Shown here one piece after another: positions 1-13,599 of a stretch of DNA of 64,000 nucleotides (within the stretch, counting starts at the first letter, position 1; every line of letters starts with the position of its first letter). The DNA lies in NCBI GenBank assembly GCA_028534125.1, contig CM052817.1, positions 88,538,001-88,602,000 on the forward strand, given 5' to 3'. This DNA is from Lama glama. Taxonomy: Eukaryota. The notes beneath the pieces are model-generated. The model was given only the letters and a program-made list of their open reading frames with translations, did not search any database and had not been told where the DNA came from. The translations under genes and the position numbers were made by a program.

Positions 1-1179
1 TACTGTTTTCAACCAATGTTGCTACTTTTTTTTTTCACAGATTTTCTAATAAGTCATCTTTAAACTCGAAGTTGTATTACTACACTTAAAGGTATCAATT
101 TATTTAAATAGTACTTATTGAGAATCTACTATTTTAAAGCAATATTTTTGTGGGTTATATAATGATGAATGAGTTAGGTGTCTGACTTTTCAGTTTATAG
201 CAACCAATGGAGTGGAGAAGGGATATAAGTTCTAGTTCAAAGGCAATTATGATCTAGAACTATGACAGGAGAGTAAAGAAGATGAAGTGGACTATTTAGA
301 AATGTAGCTTTACAGTACACAAGGATGAGCTTCTGAAAGGCATTTTAACATCTGCTTAGGGAATTATTCTGCACCATAATAAAGTTTTTAAGTATCTGAA
401 AGAGGTGAGGTATATAATCAAAGTGTTGCAGAAAAACATTTCAGTGTTTGTTGAGGTTATGTGTGCTGTGGTGAACTTGAGAGACCACCTAAGGAACCTT
501 TTAACAATTATCTAAGTAAGGCCTAACTTATGGTGGATGAAGGTATAACAAACAACATGTAGAGATAAATAGAAAATAAACTTGACTGAATCAATGGATG
601 ACTGAAGAGACAAAGGAAATGAAAGACTGGAATAGCACCTGGGTTTATTGCTAGAATAACTTGGTATTCTACAGATTTTTGTGCTATTGCATGAGACTCG
701 AGAAGGATCTGATTGAGGAGTGAAAGGAGATCATGGGTTCAGTTTGGGACCTAATAATCCTAAAAGGTGGAAAGAGGCCTTCATAGTAACCTTCTTTCAG
801 TAGATAAAGGTTGCCAGGGTAAAATACTTTATTCATCTGAGAGCCTACTGGCTTAGTAAACTGTTACCAGGAGGTTAGGGTTACAGCACATTAAAACGTA
901 AATAACAATCTAGATAAAATTTAAAAATAAAATAAAATAATGAGATCTTCTTGAATCTTAATATGTCTATATTATGCCATAACATTTTTCATAGTTATTA
1001 CTTTGGACTACATCTGTTTAAAAAATATAAACAATTCCTCTTAGTATCTTAATGAGAGGAGAAAAGTAGTAATTTTATGCCATCATTATAAGTGTTTTAA
1101 GTATAAAAGAGGAAACGAATTACCTCAAAATTAGAAGTAGTGACTTGGCTGTGTTCATAATACTGACCATGAATGACTA

Positions 1180-1711
1180 TTTATTTTTTATTGATGTACA
1201 GTTGATTTATGATGCTGTATTAGTGTCAATGTACAGCAAATGATTCAGTTATACATATATATATTAAAGATATTAAATATAGTTCCCTGTACTATACAGT
1301 AGGTCCTTGTTTATCTATTTTATGCATAGTAGTTTATATCTGTTAATTTCAGACTCTTAATTTATTCCTACCCTGTCTTCCATTTTGGTAACTATAAATT
1401 TGTTTTCTATGTTTGTTGGTGTATTTCTGTTTTGTAAATAAATTCATTTGTAACATTTTTTTTTTTAGATTCCACATATAAGTGATGTTACATGATATCT
1501 GACTTACTTCACTTAGTATGATAATGTCTAGGTCCATCCATGTTGCATTAAATATTATTATTTCATTCTTTTTATGGCTGAGTAGTATTCCACTGTGTGT
1601 GAATATATATATCTCACATCTTCTTTATCCATTCATCTGTTGACAGGCATTTAGGTTGCTTCCATGTTTTGGTTATTGTAAATAGCGCTGCTATGAAGGT
1701 TGGGGCATGCA
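1180..1711 (-). mobile_element. L1 3' fragment (ORF2 C-terminus plus 3'UTR), cetartiodactyl-type
   Basis: T-rich tail at the left end, L1 3'UTR motifs (aaatatagttccctgtactatacagtaggtccttg), and ORF 1349..1537 begins MDLDIIILSEVSQ, matching the end of L1 ORF2. Confidence 0.92.
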
Positions 1712-4358
1712 GAAATATTTCAGTCTGACCCTCCAGAACTTGAGTGGAGGACTCTTTCCAGCTTACTGTGAATTTTGTTCCTGTTAAGGAAGATTGGCCT
1801 CATCAAAAATGTTCTAAATAACCACTGTTAGTAACATGATTTTACTTATTTTAATTTTGAGAAGAAACAAAAGAACTTTGTTGAAAATTGTTTCTGACAG
1901 TTATCTGTCTATCTCTAAAAGATCTGATCATGCTGTGACTTATTAAAATACATTATTAAGAGGTTAGCAAGAAAAAGGGAACCTCTCTGAAAATTGTCCA
2001 AAATTCACCTAACAGTGAGGGATACTGAAGGCAACATCTCATAGGTACTCAGTTCAGATGCTTGGAAATACTATCAGGGCATGGGAAAGAACTGGTAATT
2101 AAAATAACGGGAAGAGATAATATTTCCCAAGAAGAGTATGTTGAGTGGAAAGAGAGATGCCTATAGGAGAGAATCCTGAAAACTATGACAGTCAAATGGA
2201 TGAGGGTAGGAAGAGCACCATAAAGGGGAGATTCAGATGTTCTGACTAGGCAGGTACGAAAACAAGCAAACAAACAAATAAAAATACACACTAAAACAGG
2301 AGAGAAATAATGGAAAAGACTTAGTGGTTAATTATGCCAAATGCTGCTTAGAGACCATGCATAGACTGAGCACTGCACTAAATAACAAGGCAAAAAGAGT
2401 TACAGCAGGGGGACTGAGGCCCACTCCAAGTTTCCTCACTTGGAGCATGAATGGAATATGATAAAATAGACAAAAAACAACGGAAACAATTAGCTCTGAG
2501 AAAGAGAGTAACAGCCCATAGCTGAAATACGGTATTTGGCATCACTTACGGTTTTTTGTTTGTTTGATTTTTGAAAGAAGTTTTAATTATTTTGGAAAGA
2601 TCCTAACACAGAGGATTAAATGCCAGATAGAGAAAACAGGGGAAAACTCAGTTTGTTAAAGCACCTCCTCCCCCACACACTCCCACAAAAGAAAATGCTA
2701 AGCTTCAAAGTACAACTCATATGCTACACTTAAAAGTAAGAGAAGGAACAGGAGAAATAAAATTATTTCTGGATGATATAACTTTGCAGGTCTTATGACA
2801 AGAAAATGAAGGTGCTTTCATTATTTAACTGATATTTTAATTGTGAAATAAAGGCATGGCTCTCCGTGAAGGTAATGAGTTGATATATCTCGAGATACAT
2901 GGAGACGTTTCATGAAAGCATAGTAAAATACAGTCACTACAATTGATTTTTCTTATTTTTTAAGTTAAAAGATAGACAGTTTGATTTTTGTCCCCTTCTC
3001 TAATGAGGCAATGGAGTCACAGGATGGTTAACTCCACCAAAGTCACGGCCAGTAGGAGGCCAGAGTCTGTGTTCTTTACCATTATTCTACAGGAATAAAA
3101 CATTATCTAGTCTTTAGGAAGGCGATGTGACTTAGTGGGGAGAAAACTGAGTGGTGAATTGGATAACTCATGTTCTAGTCTTAACACATCATTAAGCAGC
3201 TTTGTGATCTTGTAAGACCAAATCACTTGATCTGGCTAATTATTTGGATATCAATTCTTTTAATTATAGAATAAGGCATTTCAATTAGATTATCTCTAAG
3301 TTCAGTTCTGATTTTGTGATTTTGTGAGACTATGATAGAAGGATCCTAGAATATATAAGCACTGACGGCTAGTATAACAGAATTAGGTAATAAGACTGTC
3401 AGTTACAGCATTTATCCATACACAATTTCTCCTGAGAGAATTGCTTTGATTGTTAACAGGATAATCTTATAGTAATAAAGTGTCTCTCTTTCCTAAGTAT
3501 TGTTCAAATTTATAATAACTTAAATGAATTAACCAGCTTTGGAAAGGTCACTTTCCCAATAAATGGCAAAAGAACAAAAAGGTTAATAAAATGATTCAGA
3601 CTCATTTATTGTTACTTACAAGGGTGATTTTGTCTGACATCTTATATGTGCATAATTATAGCCAAAGCTTTAAAATTGTGCAAAAAGCTTTTTGCCTTTT
3701 TTTCCCAGTCAGCAGAGCAAAGATTATATCTAACTGCTGCATTTTCATGTGTTTGAAAGCAACCTCTCTCCTCATAAATGTGCAACTGTTCTGGCTGGAA
3801 ACAGCTGCAGCTGCTGCTAGATGTTTTCTGCCCAGAGATATGTGATAGGTAGAGTGAGTAAAAAATCTAGAGTGATTTTCACATTGTGAAGGAGAATCTA
3901 GCTAGGATTGAGAGTGAGATGCCGAAAAAAGAAGCCTATCGTAGTAGCTAAAAAAATCAACAGAGGCATGATTTATATCAGGACTGGTACCCAGATATAA
4001 AATTTAGAATTCAACATGAAAAAACAGAGAAGTTGGTGTTACCTGTTACCTCTTTCTTTCTGTTTGCTACCTACCTGGGCATTTGCATTAGGGGCTGGGT
4101 CAGCAACAAAAACCATAGGAATGGGTGATTTCCATTATAATCCCTAGGAATGCCTTGGAGCTTACTTTGTGGAGACTCTTCAGTTTACATTCTTTGTTCA
4201 GGAAAAAACATATATATATGTGTGTGTGTGTATATAGTTGGATCCCAGCTCAAAAGTAAACTGTATTTGAAATTTGTGTATATTTTGTAAACCCCAAATT
4301 TGGTACAAAAAGGTCTGTCTCAGGACTTTTTGTGAGGAAATTTTATTAGTTACATGGA

Positions 4359-4402
4359 AACTCATTGCAACTAATTCTGTAACTCATTGTAACTAATTCT
4401 GT
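4359..4402. repeat. 22-bp tandem duplication
   Basis: aactcattgcaactaattctgt followed by aactcattgtaactaattctgt (1 mismatch). Confidence 0.9.
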
Positions 4403-5559
4403 AATGGAAATTTTAATCACCTTCGGAAAACAAAAATGTAAGTTACATGATTTATTTCCAAGGAAAGGCCTCAGAGGCAGTTGTGGGACAGACTTGAACA
4501 CCACCATGGTGTCACCATGCTGTTTCTCTCCTGGACAGTTAGGGAGGTGGCAGTAGAAAGATTGAGAAATAAAAAGAGAAAGAGAGAGAGACAGAGAGAA
4601 ACTAACATAGTCTAAATTCTAATTACATAGTAGGCACTGGCAATCAAAGACACAAAGGATGTAAGCCCTGCAGTATTCTCCGTGAACACTGCGTAAGACA
4701 GACAGAGAAACAAATCAGAACTCTGTGGTGGGTGGTACTGTGGGAAACTAAAAAGGCTACACAATCCAGGCTAGGTGGGATCTGATGTAATACTAGCATG
4801 ATTTCAGAAAAGTGGTTCAGAGTTATTCAGCTAAAATGTGGAGTAATATTTTTAGATTAAAATAGTGAATTAAAACTTTCTATGGGATTTCCTTCCTCTT
4901 TCCTTAATAGCTAATGAATAGCAACTATACAAGAAAGAAGATCATTCCAGTTTAATAAGTAAAGACAGAGAAGATTACAAAGCTAAGAATACAGAAGAGG
5001 AGGACAGCTCTAGTTTCTTTCCATACAGTAGAGCCTATTCTAGTAAGTCAAGTTAATACTCAGAATTCTCACCTATAAATGGTAAATCTAAAATCTAAGT
5101 AGCTATGTGTTTTTTTTTCTCTCTCTTCTTATAGGAAAAGTAGGGGGAAAAAAAACTCTAGAGAGAAACAAGTGAAATAGAAAAACTAAGAATGTGGACA
5201 ATGGAGGTGATTCCAGTTATAGAATAAGATAATAATATGATTTTAACCCCAAGGGTATCGCCACAAAAAATTATTCACCCATCTACCAAATAATTAGCAT
5301 GAATATTTGTACAAAAGCTATAACAAAATCTCAGAAGAGGGAGCAGAAGTAAGGAATAGAGCGCTATACTTTCTCCAATTTTTCTCCTCTGTCATTCCTT
5401 CTGCAACAGAAAATTGGTAGAATAGGAATATACTGTTCTTAAATCACAATTTGGGGGTGAAATGAGGATGTTCTCAGATATTTAAGGAAAGAGTTAAACC
5501 AGAGCAAGATGAAAATAAACAGCTTGGCAATGATGCACACACTCTACAAGAACAAAGTA

Positions 5560-6245
5560 ACCTCCCCTGCTCATAATACATGAGGAATGAAAATGAGACA
5601 AAAACATATCTCAATATAGAGAAAATAATTCCAAATCATTGCATGATACAGAAAGTGACTTCATTAGACCATTGTCTTAATATGAAAAGCAATTAGAGTA
5701 GATAAAACTGCAGAATGAGATAAGGAGGAAGGACCACAAACAGAACAGAGGACCAAAACAGCATGATTGGGCAATTATTGAATAAATCAAAACCACCACT
5801 ACAATTGAGCCATACAAAAAAAGATTAAGATGATAATAACACATGTATGAAAAAGACAAAAAAGTTTAGATAACTTTTAGATAACATCTAAAATAAACAT
5901 AGTTGGTGTCCTGGGTTAGGGAATCAACAAATGGAATAGAGCTCTATTCAAAGCTATAATGCGGGAGAATTTCCAGCGTGTAAGGAAACAATGAATTTGC
6001 AGACAGTATTACTCTGAGTCCCAGAATAAATGGAACTAGGTACACTAATTAACCTACTAATATTTAAGGACCAAAGACTAATTGTGTCAAATACATACAC
6101 TAAAAAAAGGAAATAAATAGAAATGTATGTGTGAGAGGGACATGATGATGCAAGGGTTTCAGCTTGACTTAAACGTTCTTAACAACATATAATGAAATAA
6201 TATGTAAGAAGGCCTAGAAATTTTGAAGGAAAATGTGACTGGAGA
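5560..6245 (+). mobile_element. Ancient L1/HAL1 ORF1-like remnant
   Basis: A-rich strand bias; motif ctattcaaagctataatgcgggagaatttccag resembles the L1 ORF1 IF..II.ENFP region; boundaries approximate. Confidence 0.5.
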
Positions 6246-6249
6246 TTAG

Positions 6250-6700
6250 TAGTATACATGAGTGCATCTGTCAAATTAGGCTGCTGTCAATCCCTTCCCT
6301 GTGCACAAATGCTAGTTCTTCTAAGTGGAATCTGTGCCATCACTCCTTTGACCAAGAGGGCAAGTGATGCTCTGTCAGATTTAAACTTAGCCTATGTAAG
6401 GGCTGATGTTACCACCTCCTTCCTCTTCAAGTGTTCTGCTGGAATGTAAGAAGTCCAGGCTGCCTTGGAGAGAGAGACCAAGTGTGGTATCACGGAGGCA
6501 TCAGACATGTGAGTGAATAGCCTTCTCAGGTGTTCCAACCCCATCAGTTATCATCATTTCAATGAAGCCCCAGACAGCCATCGTGCCAGCTGTTAAATGA
6601 ATTCCTCGTTCTCAAATGGTAAGAAAAAAACTTAAATGTTTACTGTTTTTAAGTCACTAAGTTTTAGGGCTGTTGATACAGTAAATAGATCTTTCGAACA
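6250..6700 (+). mobile_element. MaLR LTR (MLT1G/H-like)
   Basis: MLT1-type 3' end tttttaagtcactaagttttagggctgttgatacagtaaatagat...gaaca; internal agacatgtgagtgaa and gaagccccagac motifs. Confidence 0.7.
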
Positions 6701-7309
6701 GTTTACTTAATCAAAATGCTAGTTAAAAATAAGAGCAACAAACAGATATTCTCAACCATTTTCTTTTAAATGAAGGAACACAATATCTATTAATCATTCA
6801 TGGTAAAACTATTTTCAGTCAAGATTGAATTAAAGCACTTAGAAATAGAAAAATAGAAATGAAAAAGGACTCCTTATGAGCATTGACTACATTCAGTAAT
6901 AATGATGCTACAGAAAATTTACTTCTGATATAAAACAGGATATAAATTATATGAACTTGGACAATGTTAAAATAACAACATAACTAAGTAAAATGATGGT
7001 GAGGGCAGAGGAGATTGGAGAATTAGGCAATTGCTATTATTACGACTTTTCTTAGTAAGGAGTCAATTAAACCACAGAGCTTACGAGAACTGTAATGACT
7101 GTAAAATCTTAATGTCTTTCAAATCTTATTAACCTTAGTGAGATCTGTCTGAAAGTGGTATTCTTTATTTAGTAGATACATTTATTTGAATATCAACAAT
7201 CCTCCCTTTTTCATTTTAGCAAACATAAAGTGTATGCTATAATATTCAAAATATAGCTTTTTTTAAAAGTGTTTCTTGTTTTTCATCTGTGTATATACAC
7301 TGAATAACA

Positions 7310-7460
7310 TCTATAGCTGTCTGTCCACGGTTGGCTATTTAAATTAAAATTAATAAAATTAAATAAAATTAGAAATGCAATTTTTCACATTCACTAGACA
7401 CAACTCAAGTACTCAATAGTCATACATGCCTAGTATCTACTATATTGGAAATAAACATGT
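7310..7460. mobile_element. hAT-Charlie MITE fragment (MER3/MER33-like)
   Basis: ggctatttaaattaaaattaataaaattaaataaaatt...cactagacac...caagtactcaatagtca...ctactatattgga resembles the MER33/MER3 consensus. Confidence 0.7.
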
Positions 7461-10400
7461 AAAGTGAAGTCCACTTAATGTTAAGAGTGGTCACTTGTAC
7501 TGCAATTTGGGGTGTTATTTTATGTTTCACTTTAAAATTTTTTTTTTATGTTTTACTTTGTATTTATATTTTCTAGTTGCTTGAATAATTGTTTGTGTCT
7601 TTGTATCATATTTATATTAAAAAAAGCAGAACCTAGAATGATTTTTCTTTATTAAAAAGTCTAGAGGAAAATCATAAAATATCAATATAGATTACTTCTA
7701 GATGATGGAGACTCAGAAGATGATGATTTTCATTTTTGTATTTTTAGCATTTTAAACATTTGGAAAAATGTAAAAGGACAATGGGAACTCTGTACTTTCT
7801 GCTTAATTTTTCTGCAAACTTAAAACAACTCTTAAACATAAAATATCTTGAACAATAAAAGATGAAAAAAGTTGAGAAAATATTTCTGGTAAAAGTAATA
7901 CCCTGAAAAACTTGGGAGATGAGAAAGATCATGCTGTATATGGGAAATTATATGTTGTTTTGTATATTTTCCTATGAAACACAATTAGACAGAATTAAGA
8001 TTAAAGTGCTGGGCAGAAATTCTTGAAGAGTTCTGCAAATTGCTAAAGTATTTAGCTTTTATCTTAAGTATGAGACAGGAATGAGTGAAACAATGACCAG
8101 AATTCCTTCACTTGAGAAGCCGGGTGTATGATGACACCACACAACACTGCATGAGTTTATCAAGGGTTCTAGAGAGCTCAGTTTAGTTCCAGTTTAACAT
8201 AACATCAGTTTGGTTTTACCAAATTAGCTCAGCAGTATTTGGCTAACACAGACTCTCTTTAGAAGCAGGAGGAGCTGGAGCAATAGAGACCAAGCTCGGT
8301 GAGCATCATGGATGCTGGCATTAGGTCCCCTCAAGCCACAAGGGGCAGAAGAGAAGAAAAAGAGTGGCTATCACTCAGTATCTAAGAAGGTTGACTGTGA
8401 GTGTCATTCCAACAGAACTGAGTATAGATTAGAAATGGGGTTTGAGGTGTGCTTTGAAGAATGGCTGCCAGTCCTATATGAATTAATTAATAAAGCAGTA
8501 TTTTCTAAAAGTTTTACCCCCAGAGTTGTATAATACGGAAGATCACAAGCTACAGAAAATTATTCAATAAAAGTGGTGAAATGGGGTTGTGGGGGGACAA
8601 TCAGTTCTTTATTTAAAATACTACAAAATATAAGAATTTGTATTTTCTGTGTTGACAGCTCCATTGGCCCTCCTCTGGTTGATTCAACCTTTCTTAGTGG
8701 ATATCAAACCCCCTTGGACTATAGTAAGGAAATAAGTCATTTAATCTTAAAGTAACCTGCATATTTCCTATCTCTGCCCCTGAGATCCATACACACAAGA
8801 GAATGATCTTCAATTTTCCAGGTGATGTTTCTAGCCAAGCAATAATACTGCCCAGCTGATTACTCCTTCCTCTTTGATATCATCTCATCATTGAGTTTCC
8901 CTGTACATGGTAGATTCCCTCTTTGAAAACAGCCCCTCTACTGTTCAGTACTACCAGTATCATTCTTTATTGATACTTCTTTTTTTTTATTAGTAGTAGT
9001 AGTAGTGTATGTTTTTGCTTGGAAAGGTTAATGTTCTTTGGAAGGGAGAGTAGTTCACACATTGTAATTTTACCCCCAACTTTTCTCATGTGAACATGCA
9101 TACTAACATTGTCAGCAGTGTTATTTTTGAATACAAAATATGAGCTACATTGCTTTAAGTGAGTTTGCATATGCATTGCTTATTCTGCTAAATTAAAAGT
9201 CACTGGTCATTATGTGTGTGTTTGCATCAAGCACATTATTTTAGTGCATGAGTAATAATGCTAATAATAATAATAACCATGACAACAGCAACTATGTACA
9301 AGATAACTTTAAAGACAGGAAAAGAAGTGCAATGTGGCAACTCTCAAATTTTCCTTTACTAGCAATTAAGAATCATTTGGGAAAGAGAAAGAAGCCAAGC
9401 AAAGTTAGATTCAGAGTGCTGAGATAGATTCTGTTTTTTAAAAAAGTATTGATTTGCTTTGCTAGTATTATGAAATAATTTTTTGATCTTCAATCAGTCT
9501 AATGTCACACACTATTACTATTTTTTAATGGCACACAAAGAAACACAACCTCTATATTTGTGTTTAATTAAACACACATATGAGGTACTATAATTGGCTC
9601 CTTCTATAAACTTCATCTAGTTTTAGAAAGTGTCTAAAGATATTTAGAATTAATGTTGATTCTTGGAACTTAGCCAATCTCTGAAAAGTATTGTTAAGAA
9701 GGGTTAAATTGAAGAATAAATATTTGTCTTTAACCTAAAATCTACTCATAGAGTACTGAATGAAAGAGTAGTGTTGGAGAGTGTCTTGGAATCAAACATT
9801 TAACATTTCATTTATCTTATATTCTCTTCAAATTTGCAGTAAAGTCAACATGCCCATTACTCTAAATTAAATGCAAGCAAGAAAATCATTAAAGTTTGTA
9901 ACTGAGAAATATAGATATCCTTTATATCTATTAGAACATAGCAAATGTCCCATTTTGGTTTGAATATGCCACCTTTAGCCTCAGTTCTGCATTATTTGAC
10001 ATTAATTCCCAAGCCCAGCCTCTGCATGCCTCTGGCATGTAGCAATATTGCTAAGTGTGGAAAACAATCCAGGAGACCCATTGCAGAATTACTGTGGTTG
10101 TGCACTTTCATTTCAGTTCCTCTTCTAGTCAAAGTAAGCAAATTATGGATTCATTTGTAACTCAAATAGAGCAGAGTGCAAATCCTACCTTTGCTGTTAC
10201 AATGCTGTGAAATCTTACGTAAGTTCTGTGATCTTTATGAGTAGATCTTTTTTTTCTGTTAAAGAAAACAGAAAAACTTGAAAGGATTCATTTAAATTCT
10301 TATTAAATTGCCCTTAATCAGTCAAATTAGAATATTTTAAAATTAAACTTCTACAACTCAATTAAGCAAAGATGGAATTTATATATTACTTGCAATTTTC

Positions 10401-10667
10401 TCAACCTTCTTTGTGGTTGAGATGACAGACTCTATACTCATCAATTCTGCTCCGATAAGTTATTGCCAATAAAATTGCAACGAGAAAAGTTGTGAGTACA
10501 CAGCTTCTTTCAAGTTCAGCAGGAAAGAATATGATTAATTAGTGATGTCTAAGGGACCAACAGGGTTGTGAATTTTCTAGCCTTATAAACTATCAATCAT
10601 GATCTTAAATTGTTTATTTACAGCCTATGATTTCCTGTTGATATCACAAGTTCTAGTTTGGTACAGC

Positions 10668-10669
10668 AA

Positions 10670-10720
<51 letters not shown>

Positions 10721-10757
10721 AATGAAATAAAAAAATAAAAATAAAAATAAAAATAAC
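10668..10757. repeat. (TAAA)n microsatellite with degenerate A-rich tail
   Basis: About 13 perfect TAAA units followed by (TAAAAA)-type units. Confidence 0.95.
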
Positions 10758-11569
10758 AATTAAAAGAATCTAGCCAGAAGGCTTGGGTTCAAAAGGCAAT
10801 ATGCTCTTTGGCTTTGGATGTTTTAATTCTTCGTCCTTTTCCTTCATCTCTAAAATTACACCAAAAATACCTATTTATTATACTGCTACAGACATAAATA
10901 AAATAATTTATGTGAAAGTACTGTGTCAATTATAACATATTACTCCAACATTACATATCATTATTTTATTATACATACCATATTTAGACTAATTTTATAT
11001 TTAGTATGAGACATAAATTTGTTGAATATTTTCTAATTGAAACATATAGGCTATTTCAGTGGGTTGCAAAGTCTTTCCTTAAGCTCTTTAAGATCACTTC
11101 TCAAACCTTTGTAGCATTTTAATGAAAATCACTCTGTATTAAAATTAATAGGAAAAATAAACCATTATTCTGATGATGGGCAGAATTACTATTAAAAGAA
11201 TTAAGTCAGATATTTACATTCACATGCTTTCATCAATATTTGAATGCCCTTTTTAATGTAATTAATGCCTTTTTTCTTTGGTTCTTTTGACTGTGTATCA
11301 AAAGCCTTTTATTTCCTTTCATTTTCAGATAATTGATTTTTCAAGCATCTTGACTTAATGACTAAAAGAATGAAATATATTCTCTATATGAAAATCTGTG
11401 CCCAATGTCTCAAAGTTTATACAACAGGAATACATTTTAATCCTCTTATTTAAACATACGGGTACAACGGTACCAGTACTTAAATTTATACTTTAAAAAG
11501 GATGCCTCATCTAGAGTATCCTCTCTCGTAGTTCTTTTTGCCCCCAGCACCATTTAAGATTGTTTCCTC

Positions 11570-12230
11570 TCTTTTGCTCTCTAAACACAATTCATTAATA
11601 AATAATAACTTTTGCCTCCTAAATATCTCTTCAATCCATTCATTTCTTTCCATATTTAGGACCTGTGACCTAATCCCCAAATTACCACCACTTCTTTCCT
11701 GGACTATTGCAGTAACCTCTTAAAGGGGTTATCAATATTCCCTCTGGCCACTTGCCTAATCCATTTTCCACAGTGAAGTCAGATTAATCATTCAAATAAA
11801 TCAGATCTGATCTTGGCACACTTCCCTGCTGCAAACAGCATTTTTTCAGCTCTTACTTATTTCTCTAACCTCACCCAGCCCCATCCTTTTCCTTTGCTCT
11901 CTCCCCATCAGCGATTCTAGTCTTCATTTAGTTCCTCATTGTCTTCCTATCATCACGGTAACTTTGCTCATGGTGCCACCTCTCTGCAGAATGTTTTTCC
12001 TTTTCTCTTCATCATATTAAATTCTCAAGTCACTCATACTTTCCTCAGAGAAGCATTTCTGGAATTCAGTTAACCATCCCCCACTGCAATATAAGCTTCT
12101 CTTTCAACACTGAAATATTGCATTAGTGTGTGCAGATACATTATTACTGTCTCTCCTTACATTAGAATATACAGTGCATGAGGGCTGGATTTTTTCAGGG
12201 TTTCTATCCCCTGGAACAATACAAGCCAAA
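11570..12230 (+). mobile_element. L2 LINE 3' fragment
   Basis: cctggactattgcagtaacctctt (LDYCN motif of L2 ORF2), aatccattttccacag, CT-rich strand. Confidence 0.75.
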
Positions 12231-12239
12231 AACAACAAT

Positions 12240-12430
12240 AAGTAATTATGTGACAGGCACCTGTTCTCCACCGTAGATGTGTAATTTTATTTTACCTGCA
12301 CAATAAATCTATAAACTGAGTATAGGTATCATTTTTTCTTAAATGTAGAACTGGAGGCAAAAAGAAGGCAACTAAACTGTGGAGGCCACAAAGCTGGTAC
12401 ATGAGAGATGTGGCTTTTGAACCAAAAGTC
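12240..12430 (-). mobile_element. MIR SINE fragment
   Basis: Degenerate MIR core (ggtatcattttt...aactggaggca...ggccacaaagctggta...tttgaacc). Confidence 0.55.
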
Positions 12431-12605
12431 TGTAGGATTTATCAGAAGCCTGCTAAGAACCTATGTGATATGCGGCCTCAGAGGGGAGACAGTTACTGAA
12501 TGAATAGCTGGCCTACTTCTCAGGGCAATTGTGATGAACTAAATATGTGTGTCTACCCATATATTCAAAAATTGAATTCTGAATAATTTATTCAATATAT
12601 AGTTT

Positions 12606-13124
12606 TGTTACTGAGTCCAAACTTGTTCTGCTTGCTGCATGAAAGGCCAATAAATCAGGAGACAAGGTTTTGGAGCAAGGAATAATGACTTTATTTGGAA
12701 AGCCAGCAGACCGAGAGGATGGCAGACTAATGTCTTGGAGAACCACCCTACTCAAGTCAGAATTCAGGCTCCTTTTACACTAAAAAGGGGAGGGGGTGTG
12801 ATTGGTTGTTGCAAACTTCTCCTTGTAGGAATTCTTTGTTCTTATAGCTGTCCATGTGGGTCAGATCATGGTGCCCCTGTAAACCTCCAACAAAACAAAT
12901 GTTATTTTCCATTTTGCAACTTGTTATTTTACATAGTGCAAAAGTGTTAATATCCTTAAAGGTCAGAGCCTTGAGAACAGGCTCTCTTGTATATTTCAGG
13001 CTAAAGGCAACATTCTTTTGCAAAAGGTAAAGCGCTAGTAAGACTAAGCCTAGAAAACAGGGCACAGGGTTAAAGCCAAAGAAACAGATCTAATTTGGAG
13101 TCAGATTTGTTCTTTTCTATTATA
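12606..13124 (-). mobile_element. ERV1-class solo LTR, 519 bp
   Basis: Plus-strand termini tgttac...tattata (TG..CA with one change); 4-bp TSD GTTT at 12602-12605 and 13125-13128; minus-strand AATAAA at 12690-12695; minus-strand start aatagaaaagaacaaatctgactcca is typical of ERV1 LTRs. Confidence 0.85.
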
Positions 13125-13599
13125 GTTTACGTTAAGCAGTGTCAAATATAGCCTCCAAATTTAATGAAATACATTTGTTATTTTTAATGTGACGTAGTGT
13201 AGACAGAGAGAATGTTATTGTGTTTGCATATGTTAGGTTAAAACTTATGCAGCTTCTGTAAGTAGGCTAAAAGCTGAAAACACATATTTGAATGCTTTCT
13301 TTCATAGTTAATAATATTCTTATGTATACAAAAGGATTTTGATGGATTTTAACCTGCTTAACCTATTTTAGACCATGACATTTTTTTCATATAGAATATA
13401 CCTACTTTGTGATAAGTACCTAGGTGTTATGTATTTAAGTGTAAATAAAACAAATGCTCTACTTTCTTTATGTCTGGTGTATTGGGAGGAACAGAAAAGA
13501 TAACAGTGCAGTTTGATAAGAATGTAAATGGAGGGGAGTAATTTATCCACAAGAAATGTTCAGGACCAATAAGACTTAGCTGGTTGAATACTGGAAAGG

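Noticed and set aside
1349..1537. ORFs with real protein similarity (also 53373..53609 and part of 22385..22762)
   Set aside because: Decayed L1 ORF2 C-terminal fragments, not host genes
10647..10773. (TAAA)n as the tail of an extremely truncated retroposon
   Set aside because: The putative TSD (aagttctag / aagaatctag) is too weak and no element body is visible
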